From positions 11,223,875-11,287,874 of the forward strand of contig OZ316891.1 of assembly GCA_973895155.1 (NCBI GenBank): a DNA stretch of 64,000 nucleotides, read 5' to 3'. This document shows, in pieces, positions 27,242 to 38,530 of the stretch. Position numbers and translations under genes: made by a program. Within the stretch, counting starts at the first letter, position 1; each line of letters starts with the position of its first letter. Origin of the DNA: Marsupella aquatica (Eukaryota; Plantae; Marchantiophyta). The notes under the pieces are model-generated. The model was not told the origin of the DNA. It searched no databases and saw only the letters and a list, made by a program, of their open reading frames with translations.

Positions 27242-29974
27242 CGCTAAACTACCTACAAAGAAAGAAAGTGTAAAATGGAGACCAAATGCCAAGCCCCTCC
27301 AGTGACTACAAGAACAAAGTGGAAAAAAAATTACAAAAATGGTATCCTAATCACTCCTATGTGGAAGCAAAGCCTTTGCATAAAGATATTATGCTCTTGG
27401 GTTTGTGCATTTCTGGCCCTTATATCCCCTTCCCATTGGACCCTTGCCTCTAATTGGCTAGCCTAAAATGATTGAGGATGGTTGGATATGAGATCCAAGG
27501 GCCAGAATGTTGTACTAATTGGAACTCTTCGAATTGACTATTATGTCACGATCATCCTATGCTATGCACTGGGCTATTCAGAATGGTCGGATCGTGGATC
27601 GGAGGGCCAAAATTGAGTCTTACCCCCAAATTGGTCAAGGATTCATTTTCCACTATTCTCTTAGTGCTTGGCAATTTGAAGGACTGTCCCGTCATGGCAA
27701 AACGAGTCAAAGTAAGCCAGTCTTGATCCGAAGACCTCTGGCTCTACAGCCAACCAACCCAACCGGTACACCGATGCGTACTGTTGTATGTAGAAAATTC
27801 AAAATAAATAAAGTACCATAAACTTTGAGGCTGGGTCGTGCCCCCTAAGGTGCCCGGAGCGCTGCCCGTTCTATTTGAAATTCAAAAAAAATGATCGGAC
27901 CAATCAGATTGCAGGAAAACTAAAATCAACGTTTCTCCCTTACTTTTACTCAAAAACATCCGTGATTTTTCCCACTCGTAGATCTCCGCATGATCTTTCT
28001 TTCGAGCCAGAGATCACATCGAACGGACCAAAATTGACGTCAGGGCGACCAAAAATCGTGCAACCCAAAACAGGCGCTGAGTCCGAAAATCGAAACCGGC
28101 AGTCGATGCTCCTAAAGAATGCGAGCTCCGGGTTACCCGGAGTGCTTTGTACTCGGACTTGCGGCCCGACTTGCGGTTTAAGGGCGGTCTTGCAGAGTCT
28201 TTTGGTTTCCCGCCCTGAAATGAACCCCTGGCGTCCCTTCATGAAGTGACAGTTTGGCAGTCCCGAGTGGGTCCTTGGTTGAGATGCAAGGGCAAGGGCC
28301 AGTGCATTTCTGGCCCTTGAGGTCCCAAGTCTTCAAATCTCAATAAAACAAAACAGCAAATATAGCACGAGTAGCTGCGACTGAGTGGGCAAGTCACAAA
28401 GCTGTTCTTGATTGTGTTTAGATCCTTCATACACTTTTTCCCTACATATGTGGGCAGCTATAGGGGCCCACATGCAATACAGCCTTAAGGCTCAGTTTGC
28501 TGGTTTTAGAGTCTCTAGACAAATGTTCTTTAGTGACCCTCCTACACAATTTACTCTATGGCTTTACCAGACCTTTCAGTTTGTTGCCCAATAGGGCTTT
28601 CTAAGGTCTTTTTGCAACTGGCGGTGACTAAGGGCTTAGTGCATCTTTTAACTTTTCAGGTTTTTCCTTTGTTTTTTCCCTTTTGTTGGGTTTCTTATTT
28701 TTGGGATGTTTGGGGCTTTCTGTTCTTTGGCACTGTGATATAGATAGTTTGTCCTCTTACTTTGGACCTATTTTTGGCTCTCTTAATTTTACTTTGTTTG
28801 GCTTGTTTTGGTAAATTGGTCTGTTTCTCCACTGTTATTCTCTAAGTGGAAACTTTGCTGGTCAAGTTAGAGCCCAGGGAAGCACCAAGAAAGGTGATCC
28901 CCAAGAGTCATGGTGAATCAATTTGCTTCAGGCAAAGCTAATGTGGACTGCTAGATATTATTATGAGTGTGTAGCCAAAAGAATATACGGGAGATGTACA
29001 ACCAACAGAGAGTAACTTGGCATGAAAATCAGAACTCCTATTGAGAGCAAAGGATGTGAATTTCTATCCATTGTTTCTGTTTTTGCAAGGTAGTAATACT
29101 GTGGAATATTGCTAACATTTATTAGCCAGCTTCCTAAGAGTCATTCGCACCACATCTTGGTGAAATTTAAATCTAGGTTTGGTTATTAGATTAGGAGAGC
29201 AAGTATCTTTGATTTATCATTCACTGTAGATGTTGTGAGGCTTAAGGACTACAACTTGTTGAGTAGGACTACATACAGGATTATTGGCAGCACATAATGC
29301 ACAGTCAGTGAAAGTGTATGAAGCGTATGCAATGTTTTATACCACCACTGTCCCGGAGCTATGAGGACAATATAGTTACTTTTTTCACTTGAGAATATTT
29401 TGACTAATTGTGGTAATCTGGATCCAACAGGTTTTGCTTCGAGTACAGTGGAGGAGAGAGACTTGCGAAGACTTTAATTAGAAATGTGTACAATAACCGG
29501 GATTATGTGAAGTAGTCACCAAGGGCAGTCAACAAAAATAACGCTCCAAAAGCTAGAGGGGAGGAATAGTTACTTAGTGTAAACCTTTGGGGTTTCACTT
29601 TAATTCACAAAAATGACACATCTGCCACAAAGGATAAAGTTATTTTATTGATTCAAAGGAAGACTTTGGAAAAATTCTGGAAAAAAATTAATAATTAGGG
29701 TCTTTTAAATACAATTTTTAGACTTATAAGAATATTAGAGTCTTTTTATCAAAATTTTGGAAGATTTCAAGAATTTTCCAACTTTATAGAAATTAGAAAT
29801 TAATTTGTTTCTCTTACATTTGGCACTGATTTGTTCAATACGTGACTTGGATCATTCCCCGCTTGGATCCTTTGGTGTGATGGGTTCCCGCTCATAGTGG
29901 GTCTTTTTGCATACATATAATTTTCTCTAAGTTTCTGGAAGACAGATCCAGCATGCACTAAACCAGGTGTTTTA

Positions 29975-30225
29975 TTCCTTGATAAGCACATGACCCCTAA
30001 AAAGTGCACTTATTGATAAGTGTACATATTTACACCCGTTTTGTTAAATGTGTAATGGGCCCGTCCCTCAGTGAGTCAGTGAGCAGCCTTGTCATTCATG
30101 TCCCTACCCTAAGTGCTGCATGTGACCAAACTCCCTAAGTGCATTTTAATTTATTTTGTACCAAGAATGGGGATGCATTTATCAATAAATGCAATTTTAT
30201 GGGATTGTGCGTTTACCAATAAGTG
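29975..30225. repeat. Imperfect inverted repeat / MITE-like hairpin
   Basis: gataagcacatgacccctaaaaagtgcacttattgataagtg (~29981-30022) is the near reverse complement of catttatcaataaatgcaattttatgggattgtgcgtttacc (~30176-30217). Confidence 0.5.
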
Positions 30226-30854
30226 CATATAGAGCACTTATCTAAGAGGGTAAGCCCTTGTAAAGTTGTACTTTAGCAAAATGATTTCAGGCCTGTGTGA
30301 ATACTGAATACTAAAGATGTCTAAAAAGCGCATTTATTCAGAGTCAAATAAAAGGGCAGAACAGTACGTTCTGAGGCTCTTTAACCACGTAATGCCCTTA
30401 TGGAGTGTGCGCTTCGACAGAGCAGACTGTAATCGCCACTCGATAAATCAGAACGATACAGTTCCTCAGTCTCTGCTGCAATTCTTGTTGAGTCTGTCTG
30501 CCGATGCCTGATGTCCGCAGAGCTATATGTCCAGTAGTGCAGCCCTGAGCTTCGTACTCACAAGTAATGACTGTCATGAGGTGGTCATCAGCCACTCCAT
30601 GAAATCCAATCGAGATCCCTTCGTACTCTCAAGTAATGACCGTCAGGAGATGGTCAGCTGCCACTCCATCTCGATCGAGAGCATAAACGCTCTCCGAAAC
30701 TCTCAGGTACGTGTCGCTGATCGATCTTCGGCCAACGTATTAAGCTTCTTTGCCTTTGGCATGTGCAGCCGATCGAGATGGAATCAAGGCCTGTTTGAAG
30801 CGTAGCTTCATCGTTGAGTTGAAGACTCGATATAATTATGACCGAAATCGCCTT

Positions 30855-31145
30855 TTCTCATGCATTCAATCCGACCCAGCGGCGTGAATGCATATCATCC
30901 AAAACCCGGAGTATAGCTAGGGAAGGGATCACGAAAGATGACTGATCGGTAAATCTTTCTCCAATTCATAGTGTTGAGGAAGTTTCGGCAGTACGTGAGC
31001 TTGATTGCCTTCAATTTCTCGTGCATTCTGTCCGACCCAGAGGCGTCTTCAACTGCATATCATCCAAAACCCGGAGTAGGGAAGGGATCACGAAAGCTGA
31101 CTGATCGGCAAATCTTTCTCCAGTTCATAGAGTTGATCGAGGAAG
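30855..31145. repeat. ~160-bp tandem duplication downstream of the MFS gene
   Basis: tgcatatcatccaaaacccggagta...gggaagggatcacgaaag..gactgatcgg.aaatctttctcca at ~30889 and ~31054. Confidence 0.8.
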
Positions 31146-31256
31146 TCTCGGCTTTCGATTCACCACCTGGACGACTGCAAAAGGTGTAGACAAATTCAGG
31201 GTTGCAGTCATCGATCAGCTAGCCATTAGTTTAGGGAGCTGGAGCTGAACCCAGCC

Positions 31257-34200
31257 CTATCGTTCTAATGTCATGGTTTGTACGTGAGCATATTGGGTCC
31301 TCAGACTCAAAGGCACGTGCACAGCATAATTGTCAGAATTTGATTTCGAAGACACTTCCACACTACTTTTGATCATGTTTGCATCCTGATACAAACTAAT
31401 GTCCGTAGACGACCCCGCTTCAAAATCTTGCTGCTTAGTTATGGTGACAAAGACCATTAATATGGAGGCCAGCAGGAGTGCAACGGCCATGACGACGAAA
31501 GTGTAGCGCAGATCCCCGTTGTAGCTGACGAAGAGGAACACCTCTATGCTACCAACAAAAGTGCTGAACTGATTGACTAGGGCCAAGAGAGAAAAGTAGG
31601 CACCTACTAAGGTCGGCGCTGGAATGCAAGTGGGAATACAAGCGATAAACAATGCTCTGATGTAGGAGCGGTGAGCACCTAAGCACACACCGTAGGCGAA
31701 GGCAAAGATCAGAAACTCCCACTCGGTGTTCAGCCCGAGCAGTTTCGACGTCCTCCTGGACGTCGCATTAAAGAATAGGCCTAAACAAGCATAGATCGGG
31801 AGCAGAAGATGAAGAAGCAGTGCTATGAGCATCATGACCTTGTTGCTCCAGGAAAGTGCAATCTGGACGACGAGGAAGAGGATGCTTCCTGCAAGAGAGG
31901 AGACCTGAGACACCACCGCAAACCTGATGAAGTTTCTCGGCGAGAAGCATAAGAATCCAGCATGGAACACGGTGGCGTTACCCATGGACGATAGAAAACA
32001 AATCAGGAGAAGCAATAATCCACTTCGCCCCTTTCCCGCCTGCCCGATCCTCAGCCCCAAAACCGCCATCAGCAAATGCTTCGTTGCTGGATGTGGGATG
32101 TATTTCAAGCCCGGCCCGGGCCTGTCTTTGAGAAAGAATGCGCTGGAGATCACCGTCCAACTAAACAACCAAATCCCTCCGATGCAGCAAGCTATGCGCA
32201 AAGACCAGTTGTTAGGGTCACTCCCCATGAGCTTAGGCACCAATGAAGATCGGAGAAAGAAATAGGCTGCCAAAGTGCAGAGAGCCGTCGACAAACACCC
32301 AAAACTGGATCCTGTTAGGGAAACCTTATATATAAATCGAATCCTCACGCTCTGAAATATCTGCACTTCGTCGAACAATCGTGTTTTCAGGATAGGAACG
32401 CCGCTTGCGAGGGACGAGAGATGCGAGTCGAGCCAAGTGGACAACAGCCCGACACTGACGGTGGAGAACAAGAAGAGAATGCCGCCAATCCACCACCATT
32501 CTGCGCGGAAGAGATTGATCGTTATCGCAGAGGCGACTACGCCAGTTCCTGCTCCCAACCATAACAGAAAACTTGGGTATTTGCTGTAGTCCAACAAAGG
32601 GCTGGTGACAGTGAACTGTAACAATTGTATGACTACGGACGCTCCTAGCATAGCTGTGATCAACAGTGCTGGTTGCCATGACCTGGTGCTGAGGATCTCC
32701 AAGATGGTGACGCCAGATGACCTGAATAGAGTCCAGATTGAACCCAGTCAGTAAGTAATACCGTAAAAAAACTCGATAACGTAATGGACATCAATCATTA
32801 TCATCACAAGCGGATCCTTGAAATTCAGTCCATCAGAGACAATCGTTGGCTCTGTTCTAGCAATCTTGGCGGAAACTCTAGGCACCCCTGACGTGCTTGA
32901 TGAGCGAAATTGGCTGAATTAATGATAACAAGAGAGGCATCTAAGCACGGTTTCCAACGCCGTAAGTTACTATGAAGGTTTCGACAAATTGTTAAGCGGT
33001 CACCTTCACATTCCACGCGCTGCCTCAAAAGAGCCTCAGTACTCTGACATAGTTATTACTGAACTGCCATAATTATATCACTTAAAAAAGAGATTCTTTT
33101 CAAGATGAGCGACTTAACCAAAGTCCATAAGATTGGCTTTCAAGATCCGATTGCCCGCGACGGTTTGCAACCTCTCAATTGTGGTGATCGATCAATCGCA
33201 ATAACATCTTTCTGTCTTTAGTAATTTAAATCTTCATGATAGTCCAGACTTCTAGTCAGATGATTCAAACCAAGATTTTTATTACAATTCATTTGCACAG
33301 CACAACAAATTCTTAGGTCAACGTAACAATCAACTTAACGAGCGTGAATTGGAAGATTTCAACTTATCACGTACATGGCAAGAGATCCACTCCACAATCC
33401 AGTACTTTAGGTGAATTTTAGTGGCATTATCATGGACAGTCCGGGCCGGCCATGAACCGCGAAGAGCACGGATAAAAAATAGAGTGCAACTATGCCGTTA
33501 AATTCGGGAGATGATCTATCAGTTCCCAGAAATCTATTGATGCTCATGCTCAGCTCAACCCATTGATTCGTATTAATTTGTAGCACCAGCGACAGATACT
33601 AAGTTGTGGATCGAACTGGTCAGCAGGAAAGGACAAATGTTGTGCACGCACCTTGTGGCGTTGCCGCCCAAACTGTCAGTAGTCCAACTGGTAAGATCCT
33701 CTGTGAAGGAGTCACACACTTTTAAACATCTCGGATCTCGATCCGTCACATTATACGGGCAATGCACAGCATCTGCTACAGTCCCTTTACCGTCCATGAA
33801 ACTCCTCGAAGCTGCAAAGAGACTAAATATGAGCAGAGGGAAGAACACCCAGAGCGCAGCCTTAAACCCGCATATTCCAACGTCACAAAGTAACCATCCC
33901 CAGACTTCGGTCGTCGTTGGCTGGACGGGCCCAGTGTCGTCAGGCTTGGCCACCCTTATCTTGTTCTCGATCCTGTTGCCCCTACCCAATCTAGTGAACG
34001 GATGAGCAGCCGACGGTCCACGTCCTGGGTAAGATACATTATCAGGTCTGGAGTCATAATCCTTTGAAAGGATATCAGAGCTCCCCTGCAGAATAACGCT
34101 CCTTGAACTTTCCTTCCAAGACGTCGTCTGGCTGGATGCAGATGTGGACTGTGAATGCTCAGATTGCAACGAATTTTCCTTCCTACGCGTCGCTTGGCTG

Positions 34201-34577
34201 GATGCAGATGTGAACTGTGAATGCTCAGATTGCAACGAATTTTCCTTCCTACGGGTCACTTGGCTGGATGCAGATGTGGACTGTGAATCCTCAGATTGCA
34301 ACGAATTTTCCTTCCTATGCGTCGCCTCGCTGGATGCAGAGGTGGGCAATGAATAATTAGATCGCGACGAAGAAGAACCTGAAACAGCGCTCTCTGTGAC
34401 GAATTTATAGGAACGTAAAATACTTCTAGTCGCACTAATGTCGGACGTTTCCTCCGGAGAGGGCTCTACTCGTAACTGAGGTGTACGTGTAGCTTGAAAG
34501 AGAACTGCCTGGAATCGGCTGAAATCGTCGCTGATCGATTGCGATCGACTCCAGTTATCGATATCTGGTATGTTCAT
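31257..34577 (-). CDS. Atg22-like MFS permease (vacuolar amino-acid efflux family); exons 34577-33652 and 32721-31257, ~796 aa
   Basis: TTTEVWGWLLCD, Cys-rich first loop, SVVIQ...LLDY, LPIYACLG, LGLNTEWEF..FAFAYGVCLGAHRSYIRALF, YFSLLAL; many TM segments. Donor AG|GTGCGT and acceptor ttcag| join in frame (926+1465 nt). An upstream exon is possible. Confidence 0.75.
34130..34345 (-). repeat. Coding 60-bp repeat x3 (SASSQATRRKENSLQSEHSQ) in the Atg22-like N-terminus
   Basis: tggatgcagatgtg.actgtgaat.ctcagattgcaacgaattttccttcctac at 60-bp period. Confidence 0.9.
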
Positions 34578-34644
34578 AACTGCGTACTATACAATGTAAG
34601 GAAATCATTAAGAAAGACAGTGTTGAACCTTTAACAACATGTAC

Positions 34645-34718
34645 CCGTGTACCGGCTAGGAATTGAATCTAGGACATCCTTTGTACATGGTAATGCTCTA
34701 CCACTCAGCTATGGGCTC
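34645..34718 (-). pseudogene. Degenerate tRNA-like sequence / tRNA-derived SINE head
   Basis: Minus strand reads gagcccatagctgagtggtagagc (A box) ... cctagattcaattcctag (decayed B box/T-arm); acceptor and anticodon stems poor. Confidence 0.5.
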
Positions 34719-37135
34719 TTCATGCCTGGCTACACCGTCTCTGGTTCGAGTGTGCTTCATGGTTCATTTCCAACAGATAGGTCATAATCAACTGAGCTCT
34801 AGCTGAAAACTGTTATTGCTGCTCAACAGTTCTCCGGAAGAAAGTTCTTCAGTCCAACTGGTTCCGCTGCCGTCCTCGCTGACTCCTCCTGATCGAGTAA
34901 ACCAGAACACGCGTACTCTTACGGTCATTCATAAACCTTTGGCCGGTCGGCACTTGATCCGCGCTAAGCCTGTGGAATTCCTGCCGCATTTCAATTCTTC
35001 GAGAGAGCAAATTAATCGATCCAGGCAGATCAATTATATTGGAGCTAATTGGATCCATGACAGCAGTAGGTGGAGCGTATCTCACATCTCAATCATCAAT
35101 GGAATCATGCAATGGGAATTCTCAGTCAAGCTAGTGCAATGGATTCCGTGTGATGACGAAAGTTTAACAGCTGTGCCGTATCAACTCCCAATGATCGACT
35201 GTCAATCGTCTTCATATCTCAAGCTACGTCCAGACGTACGACTTCGTAGGCTGGCCAGAGCTTCAGGTCCTGGTCGAAAGTTGAGTCTAGAGATTGCAAA
35301 GTCAAGATCCAATTCCCTAAAGTCTGGTGCGCAGATGGTATACTAGTTAACGCTCCACTGGTAGTTTAGACTTCGGACACTTTCCCGCTGTAGAACTATG
35401 TCAATATCCGGATTCAAAGTGCCAATTATCGGTCTGCAGTAGAGCCTGTCCTATGACGTTTGATCCCGCTCGATCATTAAGAATCGTCTTGCGACCTCTT
35501 CCGCCACTTGGCGCTCAGAATCAGGCTCTGGATTGATCAATACGACAACACCACTCCTAAGCTCTTTTCAGATCCCCGAAATCCGACTTCGACTGTTAGT
35601 TTCAAAGCACTCCTGTACTTACCCAGACTATTTTATGCATACCCACCCACTCTTCACTCTGACTAGGTCATGAACGGTAGACTTAGACGCAGAATTAAAT
35701 AGCGAATTAATGTTTTAGATCTTGTTGGTCACGTAGGTGCGATGTCGAATTCATGCATGTATTGGACTCGCACATCTGAATTTCTGGGTCGTTCTTACCG
35801 ATGCGGTCAGGCCTTCCGATGCCGATAGAATCAGAACATCACCTGGAGTATAGTGTGATCTAGGGGGAGATCAGACATTAAAAGTTTCAATACTACAGTA
35901 AATCTCACGGCAATAGGGTGTGGTTCCGAAAGTACCAGGATGCAAATGCTTGCATGTACGACAAGCATTAACGCGCTTTGAACAGTCGTGGCTGGTCTTG
36001 CATTGCGCACATCATCTATTTTCACGGCCTCAGATAGATCCATAACACCTCGATCATGCTGCAAGCCTGGGCCCCGTTTAAAAATCGTATTGCTTCAATA
36101 TGGTCTTCAACGGCGTTGATTCGCCACATGTAACGACAATTTCTCCTATGTTGGTCAGGTTGAGCGACAACTTCGAGGCAGAGGTGGACTGGAAGTTGTT
36201 TGTACGGGTCCTCAGCTTGGGCCAAAGCAGGCCATATATGTGGTGTGTGCGTAATGCAAATGCCTGAAAAATGCCAAATTGAGATCGAAGCTTTCAGATC
36301 GAAGCTTTCAGAGGAGCACCAGTATTGGCATCATTCTCCAGATTGCAATGGATGTTACTCTACTCTGACTGTCTGACTTGCATGATGTACATGCCTGTCA
36401 ATAGCGCTTCCGAGCTGTCCAAATCCTGCTTGCAATTCTTGTCATCAACAAACAATCCATCATTTTCATAGCCTATTCTTTCATAGCCTCTTCATTGCCG
36501 GCCGAATCGATCCGTCATGGCAAGCACAGGCCAGGTCTTTCTAAAATATTGTCGGTCATGACTAAACCAATCGAGGCTGCTCCATACGAAAATTGACCAA
36601 GTCTCCAGAATTGGAACAGTAAGAGAATGAGACCCTACTCTGTGGGGAATGCAAAATAATGACACGTGGCAAAGTGTTTGACTAGTCTCCCTTCAATCTA
36701 CTGGGGAACACAATTAATAGTCACTGGTACCAGGATATGGGAGCCAATCTTGGGCCTACCCTAAGGAAAGCATGCTAGCCAATGACCTTGATAACTTTCT
36801 AGCTCATAATTTTAAACAAAATCCGGAAATACGCACCTGGGCTTTGGGAAGCTCCAAAGTGGTGATGGCTGCATTTGAGATGGCAACTCTCTCAGAATGA
36901 AATATATTTTTTCTCAATGGTGTCTTGGTCGACATGACATATTTTTTCTCAACGGCCTCACTCTTGGCCGACACGACATCTTTTACTCAACGACGTACAT
37001 CCTTGGCTGACACATCTTTTTTCTCAATGAGCTCTGATTTGGCCAAAATGACATATTGGCTGACACAAAAAAAAATTCTTAACAACATCTTGGCCGAGAC
37101 GACATTTTTTGTGCAACGCACGAGTATTGAGCTAG

Positions 37136-37170
<35 letters not shown>

Positions 37171-38159
37171 CATGATATTGAGGGTGAGACAGACTCATGC
37201 TTTAAGGGGCGGGTCATGCAATGCTACCTTCCCCCATAATTTGTTATTAAGTTCCCTCAGTCCCTGAAGCAAAGTTACAGCCTGTCCATCCACTTTCAGT
37301 CACAGCCTATCTTTGAGATGCCCTATTGTACCAGGACTTTGCCTGAGTTATGCTTAGTCATGGCCTATCGATCTTTGAGACTCTCTATTGTACTAAGACT
37401 TTGCCTGAGTTATGCTAGGCTGGGGTCTTCAGTCTCAAAATCTGATATATGACAGAAAAAGCTATCAACTACCATTTTTGTAGTCCACATCCATGAAGAT
37501 TGGTAATTTGTCATGACCATGTAAGTCACTGTAGAGGCTAGTCCAAATAACCAGACCTATGAAAAAGCTATGGCCATTTGTTTGTGGCTAGCCATCATCC
37601 GCTTTGAAACACCATATATTAAAAGAGAAATGACTTTATGGCCCCTTCAAACCCTCACGGTCCACTTCATTTGAAAGGGACTTGCTGGCCCAATTCATCC
37701 CAATCATAATTATCCGCAGCAACTCTAGCCCCTCTAGCCTATGCAATGCTCCAGTGTCAACCAGCTTAGTTGGTACCATGCATCTATTAGTGTAAGTCCC
37801 TATCAGCCTATTTTTAGTTTTAACCCTAGTGTCCCTACCAGTCAATTTTTTAGGTCTTTTCTTTTCTTCCAAAGTGGGGAGTGTCACCTACTGTGAATTA
37901 AATAGAGGGTTCTAAAAATATTTCTTATATAATTCTCTTAGTTCTGTAGTTAATTGGTTATTGTCACTAATGTGAAGTAGAAGATTCTAAAAACATTCAC
38001 TGGTTCGGTCAAAAGGTCGCAGGTAAGGATTTCCCATAGGGCCTGACCACAAAGAGAAAAGGGAACAGGTTTGTTTTGCCCTTTCCAATAGACACCGGAC
38101 TGTATTGTTTAATATTCTCTTATTGCTGCTCATGGAACTTGTTTGTTTAGTAATTACAA

Positions 38160-38530
38160 TGTCAAGTTTCAATTTACTCATCTAATTAACAATGTTCAGC
38201 TTCGATTTTAGTAAAGTCTTGTACATTGGGTGACTCACATAATTAATCTAATAATCCAACCTGACTTGTTTTGATGTATAAATCACATTAATTTGTTTGT
38301 TTATCGATGCCAACCTGGATGCCAGCCGAACACGTTTCAAATACGTTACAGCCAAAGCACAAGACACTGCCCTCGGGTATGCTCCCTTTTTATAAACACT
38401 GGTTTAAAATGTCTAGCTAATTGACAAATGTCAACTTTCATCTTACTCAATCATCTAATTACTAATGTCAAGCTTCATTTCAGTTTAGTAAATGCTTGAA
38501 CCCCCGCTTGAACCTTGGGTAACTCAGCCA
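38160..38530. repeat. Degenerate ~270-bp-spaced direct duplication
   Basis: tgtcaa.tttca...tactca.tctaatta..aatgt..agcttc...tttagtaaa at ~38160 and ~38428. Confidence 0.6.

Larger units (their letters stand above)
20325..28181 (-). mobile_element. Kolobok-like DNA transposon (termini not resolved; coordinates approximate)
   Basis: Kolobok-type DDE transposase plus tail-to-tail KolX-like ORF; TTAA at 28178-28181 is a candidate target site. Confidence 0.6.

Noticed and set aside
27519-28249. ORFs of 100-124 aa upstream of the Kolobok transposase
   Set aside because: Non-ATG starts, no domain; more likely promoter/subterminal DNA
33604-34356. Plus-strand ORFs including a Cys-rich repeat (DCECSDCNEF)
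   Set aside because: Antisense shadows of the Atg22-like exon and its 60-bp repeats
34816-35346. 176-aa plus-strand ORF
   Set aside because: TTG start, no domain; probably lies in the 5' region of the minus-strand permease gene
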